Below are positions 16,711-24,000 of a stretch of 24,000 bases of DNA, piece after piece. The notes beneath the pieces were generated by a model. That model saw only the letters and a program-made list of their open reading frames with translations, was not told the DNA's origin and searched no databases. Both the position numbers and the translations under genes were made by a program. The stretch's first letter is position 1. Each line of letters starts with the position of its first letter. Source of the DNA: Rikenellaceae bacterium (GTDB lineage: Bacteria; Bacteroidota; Bacteroidia; Bacteroidales; Rikenellaceae); NCBI GenBank assembly GCA_020860245.1, contig JAJBUQ010000008.1:335101-359100 (forward strand), written 5' to 3'.

Positions 16711-17559
16711 TTATTCTGCCGGTACGAATTCGTATCCTCCATTACCGTTATCTTTAATATATCCTATACCCGGATAAGCTATGTGCATTCCTGCAACAGG
16801 AATATTATTATCTGCAACGTACTTCAGGATTGCGAACCTCGATTCCCTCGCCGCGTCCGGATCGACATCGTATGTCACCGATATCTGAGGGTAAGGCATT
16901 TGAACCGCCATGGCATGAGTAAGGTCGCCCCAAATCAGAAGCTTCTCCCCTTTGGATTCTATTAAATATACGGTATGTCCCGGAGTGTGTCCGTAAGCCT
17001 CGATGGCAGAAACTCCTTTAGTTATGGTCTTCGGGTTATCAGCGTTGCCCGGAGTAAAAGTACTCATGGATTCATCATAAAGATTCAGCACCTTATCTGC
17101 GGTTCTGTTTTTGACTTCCTTCCAATAATCCACCTCTTTTTCCGCTATGAAAACTTTGGCATTAGGGAATGCCGTCTCTCCTTTATTTTCCATACCTCCG
17201 ATATGATCTCCGTGCATGTGGGTAAGAATTATTCTGTCGATGTCATCAGCGGATTTACCTAATGATTCGAGATTACTGAATAATTTTCTTCCGTATCCGG
17301 TATCTGCGAGTATTGTCAGACAGCCGGTTTCAATGAGGAACGCGTTCACGGCATTCGGAAATGTTCCGTCCGGAATAGTCTCGTTCAATATCTCCTCGCT
17401 CGGATCGATAAGTATAGATTTATTCCCCTCGCTCTGCCCTTCGGAGAGAAGAGTTACCGTATAATCGCCAACTTTGTAAGAGAAGGTGTCCGCTGTCTGG
17501 GCTGCTGCCGTAAATGATAATACGGCAGATAATGTCAATAAAATATTGCTCTTTTTCAT
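16711..17559 (-). CDS. secreted MBL-fold metallo-hydrolase
   Basis: Signal peptide MKKSNILLTLSAVLSFTAAAQ. HxHxDH motif (THMHGDHIGG). Downstream His/Asp ligand positions (YGHTPGH, WGDLTH, GMHIAYPG). Confidence 0.85.
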   Translation of the reverse strand: MKKSNILLTLSAVLSFTAAAQTADTFSYKVGDYTVTLLSEGQSEGNKSILIDPSEEILNETIPDGTFPNAVNAFLIETGCLTILADTGYGRKLFSNLESLGKSADDIDRIILTHMHGDHIGGMENKGETAFPNAKVFIAEKEVDYWKEVKNRTADKVLNLYDESMSTFTPGNADNPKTITKGVSAIEAYGHTPGHTVYLIESKGEKLLIWGDLTHAMAVQMPYPQISVTYDVDPDAARESRFAILKYVADNNIPVAGMHIAYPGIGYIKDNGNGGYEFVPAE

Positions 17560-17658
17560 TTTTTCTTATCTTTTTCTAATGCGCAAGGTAGTAATTTTTT
17601 ACAAATCCATAAATTTTCAGGGTAAATTTCATAATTGTGATTATTTTTTAGATATCCG

Positions 17659-18951
17659 CTACATCTCTAAATTCTCTTCCTGCGGTTTTATTTTCAGAAT
17701 CCTGATAAGGAGCGGAAGTCCGAGGCCTTGAATAATAAGCATAATTATCACTACCATTACCGTCAGAAATATAATGCTGCTTCTCTCCGGGAAATTACTA
17801 CCATCGGTGAATGTAACCGGAAGGGCTATCGCCGTTGCTATCGAGATAATTCCGCGCATTCCGGATCATCCGATCACAAGCGCATTCTTCCAGTCGATGG
17901 TCATCATGTGGGAAGTATCTCCACTATTTTTATGGTGCTTTGCCTTAAGATTATGAATCTTATCCAGACGGTACTTCCTTTCGAAAATTACGAGTATCCT
18001 TATGGCCAACGCAATAACAAATATGGCGAATGAACTAAGAATCAGAGGAACGAACGAATGCTCCGGAATTTCTTGCAGAGCTTGAGGAAATTCGAGTCCT
18101 ATAAGGATGAAGATTAATCCGTTGAGAACATAAATTATTACCGACCATACCGATTTGGCCTGCACGATGGTAACTCCCGAAAATAATCTGTCATTGTGCA
18201 TCTTGCGGGATATTGCGAGTCCGGAGATAACCACGGCGAGAACTCCGGATAATTCGAGTGATTCCGCTATCTGGCAAGCGACAAACGGCAGCAATATGTT
18301 AAGGCTTACAGTCGCTGTGCTGGAGAACTTCACTTTTTCGAGCAGTTTTAAAAACAGATAAGCTAATATTAATCCTATGAGGGCGCCTCCGCATAAAATT
18401 ATTACGAATTCCAGCGCAGCTTCCCATAAAACGAACGCGCCTCCGGCAACTACGGCGAGAGCTATGCGGTATGCGGTAAGGGCGGACGCGTCGTTTACCA
18501 GACTCTCCCCTTCGAGAATAGTTTTGGTACTGTGGGGAAGATTGACATTTTTCATTATTGCAGATGCCGCGACTGCGTCGGGAGGGGATAGAATAGCTCC
18601 GATCACAAACGCGACCGGCCAGGAGATATCCGGTATCACATATCTCGCTACCAGTGCTATCGCTATTATCGTTATAAACACCATTGCAACTGCAAGCATC
18701 GATATAGTCTTAATGTGGGCTTTAAAGTCCGGGAACGAGATATTTATCGAAGCATCGTACAGCAGAGGGGGAAGAAAAATCAGGAACACGATATTCGGAT
18801 CTATCGGTATATAAACAAGGTGTGGAATAAATCCCAGAAGAATTCCTGCAACCATAAGAAGTATGGGATAAGGCAGCATAAGACGCGGAGCGACAGCGGT
18901 CAGTGCTATCGCAATGGCAAGGAGAAAAAGTATGAGATGGTAATATTCCAT
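17659..18951 (-). pseudogene. nhaP: NhaP/CPA1-type Na+/H+ antiporter interrupted by an in-frame TGA at 17866-17868
   Basis: The credible start is the ATG at 18951 (MEYYHLILFLLAIAIALTAV..). The track's TTG at 19068 lies across the upstream terminator. The gene has the ESLVNDASALT motif. Track ORFs 17866..19068 and 17659..17859 are in frame: ..DWKNALVIG*SGMRGIISIATAIALP. Homologs read ..GW.GMRG.. at this position. Confidence 0.8.
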
Positions 18952-19020
18952 AATTTGCGTTGTGACAGAGACATTGCGAACATTATGCCGGAAATGGTTA
19001 CCTTCATTCGCGGTAACCTG

Positions 19021-19051
19021 AAAATAAAAGGTCCGGCATTTATGCCGGACC
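19021..19051 (-). terminator. intrinsic terminator of the BACON-lipoprotein operon
   Basis: Minus strand: GGTCCGGCA-UAAA-UGCCGGACC followed by UUUUAUUUU, 27 nt after the TAG stop at 19078-19080. Confidence 0.85.
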
Positions 19052-19077
19052 CCCCGTTTAATTAACAATAGGCTAAC

Positions 19078-20394
19078 CTATTGATAGCTGACGGTAAACG
19101 TAGTGGTCGAACCGTATCCGCTGTTTTGAGTCAACTCGATTACACAACCGTCACCGTTGAATTTATAACTGTAAGTACACGTGGAGTTAGAGCCTCCGGA
19201 AGTTTCAGTTGTGGAAGTTACAAGATTGACACTTCTGTTTCCGTATAAGCCCAAGATATTGAAGAACTGATACTCGTCAAGGAAGTGGTATGTCTCGTCG
19301 TTATAAGCGAACCAATTGAAATCTATATTCATGATCTCGCTGTTCACATAATCTGAATTATATTGTGCTGTCGTGCTTAGGTAGTCATCCAGTTTAACAC
19401 CGGTTAGATTGCCGTTAGACCATGTGCAGCTGTAAAAGAAAGAGTAATTGTCGTCGTCGTCCGGATCAATCCATCTGTAAGATACAGATTTAATATTGTC
19501 TTTGTCGTAAGATGCAATCCACTCACTCTGCCATGTGGAAGATTCTCCCTCTTCCACCTCATATTCCACCGCCTTACCTGAAATTATATATCCGTCGCTG
19601 TTGAGGTTAACGGTAGCAGTAACTTTGTAATAATTATAGGAAATCTCTAAATCAGCTCTCGTCGCAGGGTTGATGCCCCTGAATAATCGTCCTTTAGGAG
19701 GGTGGTTTTGTAAGGATTTTACAGCTGCCTGAGATTGACCAGCCGCATAGGGGATATTATCCGTATCCCAGTAAGATATAAACTCCATCGTAACGGTACT
19801 GCTGCCGTAAGTGAATTTAACCGAACCAGTTTCAGTTTCATACCCGTTTTCAACAAATCTTATCTCGGTTACCCTGCCGACACCGTCGTAAGAGAACCCG
19901 TATTCACCGGTATAGCTCTCATCAGGATAATCGGTCGAAACGTACTTCTCTGTGATTGACTTAACGTACTTCCTGACAGGCACGGTACCGTCTTCTTTGG
20001 TGCCTGATTGGGTTACGTTGATCTCCACTGTCTGGGAACCGCTTCGAATAGTTATCGAAGCTGCTCGCGCGTTGCCTGTGGTATTGAGCGCGAGGGTAAT
20101 TGTAAGGGTGTATGTCCCTGCCGATCCGCTGTACTGGCTTAGGGTGATCCAGTCCGGATCAGATGGCGCTATCGCTTTTGCAGCAGATTTTTCCACTACT
20201 GTAGCGGTCCAATCTGCTGTGGCTGTGAACTTAACGGAGCCTTGAGCTTCGTCAGCATATAAATCCTGAGTTTTCTCGGAACTATCGGGGATGGTTACGC
20301 TTCCTCCTCCGTTGTCGTTGTTGTCGTCGTCGCTGCTGCTGCATGCACCGAATAATAATACGGCAGCTGTAAGCATTAATAAGTAATGTTTCAT
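19078..20394 (-). CDS. surface lipoprotein with N-terminal BACON domain and beta-rich YD/DUF4595-like C-terminal region
   Basis: Lipobox LLFGAC followed by SSSDDDNNDNGGG. VKFTATADWTATVV..DWITLSQYSGSAGTYTLTITLALNTTGNARAASITIRSGSQTVEINVTQ is a BACON signature. The C-terminal part is Y/D/G-rich (FSYDGVGRVTEI..). 31 nt downstream of the beta-barrel gene. Confidence 0.8.
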   Translation of the reverse strand: MKHYLLMLTAAVLLFGACSSSDDDNNDNGGGSVTIPDSSEKTQDLYADEAQGSVKFTATADWTATVVEKSAAKAIAPSDPDWITLSQYSGSAGTYTLTITLALNTTGNARAASITIRSGSQTVEINVTQSGTKEDGTVPVRKYVKSITEKYVSTDYPDESYTGEYGFSYDGVGRVTEIRFVENGYETETGSVKFTYGSSTVTMEFISYWDTDNIPYAAGQSQAAVKSLQNHPPKGRLFRGINPATRADLEISYNYYKVTATVNLNSDGYIISGKAVEYEVEEGESSTWQSEWIASYDKDNIKSVSYRWIDPDDDDNYSFFYSCTWSNGNLTGVKLDDYLSTTAQYNSDYVNSEIMNIDFNWFAYNDETYHFLDEYQFFNILGLYGNRSVNLVTSTTETSGGSNSTCTYSYKFNGDGCVIELTQNSGYGSTTTFTVSYQ

Positions 20395-20425
20395 TTTTTT
20401 ATGGATTAAGGTAAATACTCCGTTA

Positions 20426-21085
20426 TCAGAATCTGAGTGTCAAAAATATGCGTGTGGAAGTAACTTTGAATTTATCGGGAGTGCTGCGTAGTTCGTCGAA
20501 TTCGATGCGTCCGTATTTGGGTTCTCCCCAGCGCGATTCTACGCCGAGCCCTATTCCACCGAACGATACTGCTCCCCCGAATATGAAAAACGATGCGTAG
20601 GAGCCGTAAAATTCATCTGTAAAATCGTCGTAAAGGGCTGCGTAAGTAGGTGAAAACCGGAAATAAGCCTGAACATTGAGTCTGCTTATAGGATTCACCG
20701 TTACCGAAGGACTTACCTGCACGCCTATCTCCGCCTGATGTAATTTAACTTCTTCTTGAGGCTGATATTCGTACTGATCCATATAATACGGCATACTTGT
20801 CTTAGCGGAATAATGAGCATAATTCACATCGATAAACGCAGCGTCTACGGCAAAGCGGACCATTTCGAGCAGCGGTGTTTTGTGAACGTAATAAGTTCTT
20901 CCGGTAGTTATCGCAGCGCCGTATTTACTGTTGATCTTTTTATCGATATAAGTGGATTTCAGATCGAATTTCTGCGTAGTAAACGCAATGTTTGTGAATT
21001 TTTGTCGGAATACACGTTCTTCCTGTGCGGTGAGCCGCATAATGGTAATAATCGTGAAAGTGGTTAGTAGCAAGTATCGCCTCAT
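20426..21085 (-). CDS. small outer-membrane beta-barrel protein
   Basis: Signal peptide MRRYLLLTTFTIITIMRLTAQ. Alternating hydrophobic beta-strand pattern with Y/G-rich strands. C-terminal ..IFLTLRF with a terminal Phe. TGA stop followed immediately by TAA. Confidence 0.7.
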   Translation of the reverse strand: MRRYLLLTTFTIITIMRLTAQEERVFRQKFTNIAFTTQKFDLKSTYIDKKINSKYGAAITTGRTYYVHKTPLLEMVRFAVDAAFIDVNYAHYSAKTSMPYYMDQYEYQPQEEVKLHQAEIGVQVSPSVTVNPISRLNVQAYFRFSPTYAALYDDFTDEFYGSYASFFIFGGAVSFGGIGLGVESRWGEPKYGRIEFDELRSTPDKFKVTSTRIFLTLRF

Positions 21086-21353
21086 AACGGTAATGATTCT
21101 GCCATAGACTCCTGTACGGCGTTCTACACAAAAAGAAAGTGTGGAGTCTTTAGTTTATCCGTACGGAGGCTCTGACAAAGCCTGACACCAAATAAACAAT
21201 ACCCCACACCTGCCGTATGTATTCACAAATACATTACCATGCAAGTGACGAGTGTTATTGTTATCCCCGGTGTCTTTGAAATTGTCAGATTTCCGTACAG
21301 AGATAAAAGCTAAAACACTTTCATCTTAAATATGTCTGTCCCTCAGGACTTCA

Positions 21354-21361
21354 CAAATATA
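21354..21361 (-). promoter_or_regulatory. candidate -7 box (TATATTTG) for the beta-barrel/BACON operon
   Basis: The reverse complement of caaatata at 21354-21361 is TATATTTG. No TTTG at the -33 spacing. It implies a leader of about 260 nt before the ATG at 21085. Confidence 0.4.
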
Positions 21362-21420
21362 GAAAATATTTTAGTAATAAAATTCACGGGGTATTGATAT
21401 TCAAAATTAAATACAAATAA

Positions 21421-21855
21421 TTACAATGCGCAATTATTATTCAACAATGTCAGAGCTTCGCCGAGCTTTTTCCTGAATTCTACTGTTATGTGCTTATATT
21501 TATGAGATCCGGCATGTTCCATGCCTTCCAGTATACCAAGCGCATCCTCGAGGATATTTGCTGCCTTGCGCAGAGTGTATGTTATGTCATCGTTGCCGTT
21601 CTTAGCCTGATCGAGCAGGTATGCAGCATAACGACCTTGTTTAATGGCTCTTAGATCCTTTGCGCGGGTCTTACCTGCGTCTTCAAGGAATAAATTTCCC
21701 ACTTCTTCTACGGTCGTACCGTAGATTTCTACACGGTCTGCAGAGGCATAGGCCGCCCTGCCATAGAACTTTTTTTCTTCGTTACGAGGATTTTTTTTCC
21801 CATGTCCAATTAATTTGGTTAAACAATAAGCATAAACCGCCCGGCGGACTTTCAC
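21421..21855 (-). CDS. hypothetical protein (predicted helical), start uncertain
   Basis: 144-codon ORF whose only start options are GTG 21855 or later non-ATG codons. A8 and A7 runs lie near the 5' end. An out-of-frame ATG at 21879 opens a 32-codon ORF that ends inside it. No family recognised. Confidence 0.45.
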   Translation of the reverse strand: MKVRRAVYAYCLTKLIGHGKKNPRNEEKKFYGRAAYASADRVEIYGTTVEEVGNLFLEDAGKTRAKDLRAIKQGRYAAYLLDQAKNGNDDITYTLRKAANILEDALGILEGMEHAGSHKYKHITVEFRKKLGEALTLLNNNCAL

Positions 21856-21917
21856 CGTTGCGACTTAGCTCAATTGACATGTTTAAAAAAATCACTCTTT
21901 ATGATTTTAAATTTTAC

Positions 21918-21965
21918 AAAAAAAATACTGTCCGGTCCGCCCCCTTTGAGGCGCGTAAAGACAGT
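21918..21965 (-). terminator. terminator-like hairpin plus U8 immediately downstream of a promoter (attenuator or about 60-nt RNA)
   Basis: Minus strand: ACUGUC..CGCC..GGCG..GACAGU (outer 6 bp 21927-21932/21960-21965, inner 4-5 GC pairs), then A UUUUUUUU (21925-21918). Confidence 0.45.
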
Positions 21966-21984
21966 TATATTTTATTTATTCGGA

Positions 21985-22016
21985 CAAATATAAAATAACA
22001 AAAACATATTTCCAAA
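21985..22016 (-). promoter_or_regulatory. Bacteroidetes-type promoter (TTTG-N20-TATATTTG)
   Basis: Minus strand: TTTG (22016-22013), a 20-nt spacer, then TATATTTG (21992-21985). Located upstream of the orphan ORF. Confidence 0.55.
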
Positions 22017-22199
22017 AAATAAATCATTAAAGAAAATCTATGGGAAATTTTGTTCGTTAAAATAACATTTATGGATGGGGGAGCGGATGCAGCCGCATTG
22101 TTCGGTAGTTAGATCCTGTTTTATACTGGATTTTACCAAAACATATTAAATCGCTACCTTGTATTTTAAATACCAAACTATTTAAATACTATTAAAATT

Positions 22200-23627
22200 A
22201 TGCGGAAAATTATAATTATTATGTTAAGTACAGTGTTACCGATGCTTACACGAGCTGTGCCTGTAAATGATCTTCGGTTTAATCCCGAAAAAGTAACGGA
22301 GAGAACTCTCGAATTTCAGGACGGAAGTACGGTCCGATATCGTGCTTATGAAAATATATTTTATGTCGCAAATATAGTCGATTCCGCCTATCAGACATTG
22401 AATATTTATGTTCCCGAATCCGCATATAACAATAATAGAAATATTCCGATATTCCTTAAGACCAACGTGGGCGGATATATGGCAGCGAAGGCCTCCTCTC
22501 CTACAACGCGGGATGCCACAGGCAGGGCCTTGCAGGAAGGCTATATAGTAGTCATACCCGGATCGCGCGGTTCTAATTCTGTAATTAAAGGAGAGGGTGG
22601 TGAAGAAATTTACACCGGAAGAGCTCCTGCCGGATTGGTGGATCTAAAAGCTGCGATACGTTATCTGCGTTATAATAAGGAAGTTATTCCTGGCGATACG
22701 GATAAGATAATCACGGACGGAACGAGCGCCGGAGGTGCGATGTCCGCTCTTCTCGGAGCTACGGGTAACAACCCTGTATACGACTCGTACCTGAATGAAA
22801 TTGGAGCTGCGGATGATCAAGACCATATATTCGCCGCTGTGTGCTTCTGTCCGATCACAGATCTCGACCATGCAGATATGGCTTATGAATGGTTGTATGG
22901 CTGGATGAATATTCAACCGAGAGGTCTGAATCCGTATCAGGTAGAGGTATCGGACGAACTCCAGCCTTCCTTCGCACCATATCAGAAAAGTTTGAACCTT
23001 ATGAAGCCGGACGGAACCCAATTGACAGCGGATAATTATATCGACTATATAAAATATTACGTTGCGGAGTCCGCACGCAAGGCTCTCGGTCAAGGAGAGG
23101 AAATTCCTGTTTCCTCAGGTATTACGGTGATATACAATGGTTCGCAGGAACCTGCGATAGAAGTGGACATGGATAAATACCTCGAATATGTTGTAAGTAA
23201 TAAGTCGCTTAAGACGCCTCCTGCATTCGATAAGGTCAATGTTTTAACTCCTGAAGCCTCTCCTGAGAACAGGGTCTTCGGAGATAGTAATGGCAGCGCT
23301 GTAAATTTCACCGACACGAGCCTCAGGCTTGCCAACGACGATTTTTCATTGTCCATATCTCCGGAATTAGTTCACAGGGTGCATATTATGAATCCGATGA
23401 ACTTTATTGGCGACGGTGTCAGCAAGACTGCTTCGCACTGGTACATACGTCACGGAGCGCTCGACCGCGACACTGCGTTTCAGATTCCCATAAATCTTGC
23501 CACGAAACTGGAAAACAACGGTTGCGACGTTAATTTCGAGCTTGCGTGGGGCAGGGGGCATTCAGGCGACTACGATCTGGACGAACTGTTCGCGTGGATA
23601 AGAGAGATTACGGGATGGAGACGGTAA
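22200..23627 (+). CDS. subtype-B tannase (tannin acyl hydrolase), secreted alpha/beta hydrolase
   Basis: Signal peptide MRKIIIIMLSTVLPMLTRA. Strong resemblance to my recollection of Lactobacillus plantarum tannase: ..VGGYM.., APAGLVDLKAAIRYLRYNK..IPGDTDKIITDGTSAGGAMSALLGATGN (GxSxG nucleophile), CPITDLDHADMAYEW, IRHGALDRDT, GRGHSGDYDL. Confidence 0.75.
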   Translation: MRKIIIIMLSTVLPMLTRAVPVNDLRFNPEKVTERTLEFQDGSTVRYRAYENIFYVANIVDSAYQTLNIYVPESAYNNNRNIPIFLKTNVGGYMAAKASSPTTRDATGRALQEGYIVVIPGSRGSNSVIKGEGGEEIYTGRAPAGLVDLKAAIRYLRYNKEVIPGDTDKIITDGTSAGGAMSALLGATGNNPVYDSYLNEIGAADDQDHIFAAVCFCPITDLDHADMAYEWLYGWMNIQPRGLNPYQVEVSDELQPSFAPYQKSLNLMKPDGTQLTADNYIDYIKYYVAESARKALGQGEEIPVSSGITVIYNGSQEPAIEVDMDKYLEYVVSNKSLKTPPAFDKVNVLTPEASPENRVFGDSNGSAVNFTDTSLRLANDDFSLSISPELVHRVHIMNPMNFIGDGVSKTASHWYIRHGALDRDTAFQIPINLATKLENNGCDVNFELAWGRGHSGDYDLDELFAWIREITGWRR

Positions 23628-23650
23628 ATTAACAGTTAAAATCTATATTC

Positions 23651-23941
23651 ATGTTCATAATATCTCTGACATATACCAAGCCTTTTACCGAGGCGGATAA
23701 ATATCTCGCCCGTCATTACGAATATATCGATAAATATATTACGGAGGGTAAATTTATAATAGTAGGACGCAAGGTTCCCCGTACAGGAGGCGTCATAATT
23801 TGTAACGTAGAAACAAGAGGGGAACTCGAACGTATTATGCAGGAAGATCCGTTCACAGTGCACAGTATCGGAGAATTTGAAATTATCGAAATTGTGCCGA
23901 CGCGATATATTTCCGTGCTTAAAGATTTTCTGGAATTATAA
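23651..23941 (+). CDS. YciI-like family protein
   Basis: 96 aa. MFIISLTYTKP..ADKYLARHYEYIDKYITEGKFIIVGRKVPRTGGVIIC..ELERIMQEDPF is the YciI pattern. Lies 23 nt after the tannase gene, so it is probably co-transcribed. Confidence 0.7.
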   Translation: MFIISLTYTKPFTEADKYLARHYEYIDKYITEGKFIIVGRKVPRTGGVIICNVETRGELERIMQEDPFTVHSIGEFEIIEIVPTRYISVLKDFLEL

Positions 23942-24000
23942 ATTTTGGAAAACTAACCGCGAATAAGGTGGGTTTTGATTTCTGTGTCGAAACAATTATT

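Noticed and set aside
6279-17868. Reassignment of TAG and/or TGA to Trp (an alternative genetic code) as the explanation for the in-frame stops
   Set aside because: - TAG also ends the SDR gene (9537-9539). Reading through there would run far into the convergent antiporter gene.
- TAG ends the BACON lipoprotein gene (19078-19080) just before its terminator.
- TAG ends nhaP itself (17659-17661).
- TGA ends the beta-barrel gene (20426-20428) and is followed directly by TAA.
- TGG is used normally for Trp throughout the window.
- Two frameshifts in the same window fit decay or error better than recoding.
17866-17868. Selenocysteine (TGA in nhaP) or pyrrolysine (TAG in carB and mltC)
   Set aside because: The positions align with Trp or Tyr in homologs, not with Cys/Sec or Lys. 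These are not known selenoprotein or Pyl-protein families. I see no obvious SECIS-like hairpin immediately downstream.
18952-19068. Extended N-terminus of nhaP from the TTG at 19068 (as in the ORF track)
   Set aside because: The extension spans the strong terminator hairpin of the upstream operon (19021-19051) and encodes a non-membrane, Arg/His-rich peptide. The ATG at 18951 begins directly with the first TM helix.
20300-20345. Short GTC/GTT/GCT-rich DNA repeat
   Set aside because: It is the coding sequence of the acidic low-complexity linker (SSSDDDNNDNGGG) right after the lipobox Cys of the BACON lipoprotein. It is not an independent repeat element.
1-24000. CRISPR arrays, transposases/IS elements, prophage or defence-system genes
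   Set aside because: I scanned the ORF translations and intergenic regions. There are no regularly spaced direct repeats, no DDE or serine/tyrosine recombinase-like proteins, and no recognisable restriction, toxin-antitoxin, Cas or abortive-infection signatures.

Overview
The window looks like an ordinary chromosomal segment of a Bacteroidota (Bacteroidales-like) genome. This assignment is an inference from three things: several TTTG-N19-21-TAnnTTTG promoter matches, almost no Shine-Dalgarno sequences, and BACON-domain lipoproteins with acidic residues after the lipobox Cys. I count 21 protein-coding genes and one tRNA-Asp(GTC).

Gene content, left to right:
- RecD-like helicase (partial, runs off the window start)
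- membrane-anchored hypothetical protein
- DUF3822-like protein
- rsmD
- tRNA-Asp
- three-gene exported module (two tentatively LPP20-like proteins plus a CarboxypepD_reg/BACON/LamG lipoprotein)
- mltC-like lytic transglycosylase
- CPA2 antiporter
- atypical SDR
- DUF937-OmpA protein
- carB
- AraC regulator
- VOC protein
- secreted MBL-fold hydrolase
- NhaP-type antiporter
- outer-membrane beta-barrel plus BACON lipoprotein operon
- orphan 144-aa ORF
- subtype-B tannase
- YciI-like protein

I recognise no CRISPR array, transposase, integrase, rRNA or defence system.

Three things deserve a second look:
1. Four conserved genes carry five inactivating lesions. carB has a 1-nt deletion and an in-frame TAG. 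mltC has an in-frame TAG. nhaP has an in-frame TGA. The DUF937-ompA gene has a frameshift in an A5G run. Two or three weaker cases exist. At least two of the stops sit where homologs have Trp.
2. A tidy promoter, multi-helix/pseudoknot RNA and intrinsic terminator sit upstream of the SDR gene. This resembles an unclassified riboswitch or attenuator.
3. There are two uncharacterised envelope gene modules, plus a promoter followed immediately by a terminator hairpin upstream of the orphan ORF.

All functional calls come from reading the translated ORFs and recalling family motifs. No database search was run.
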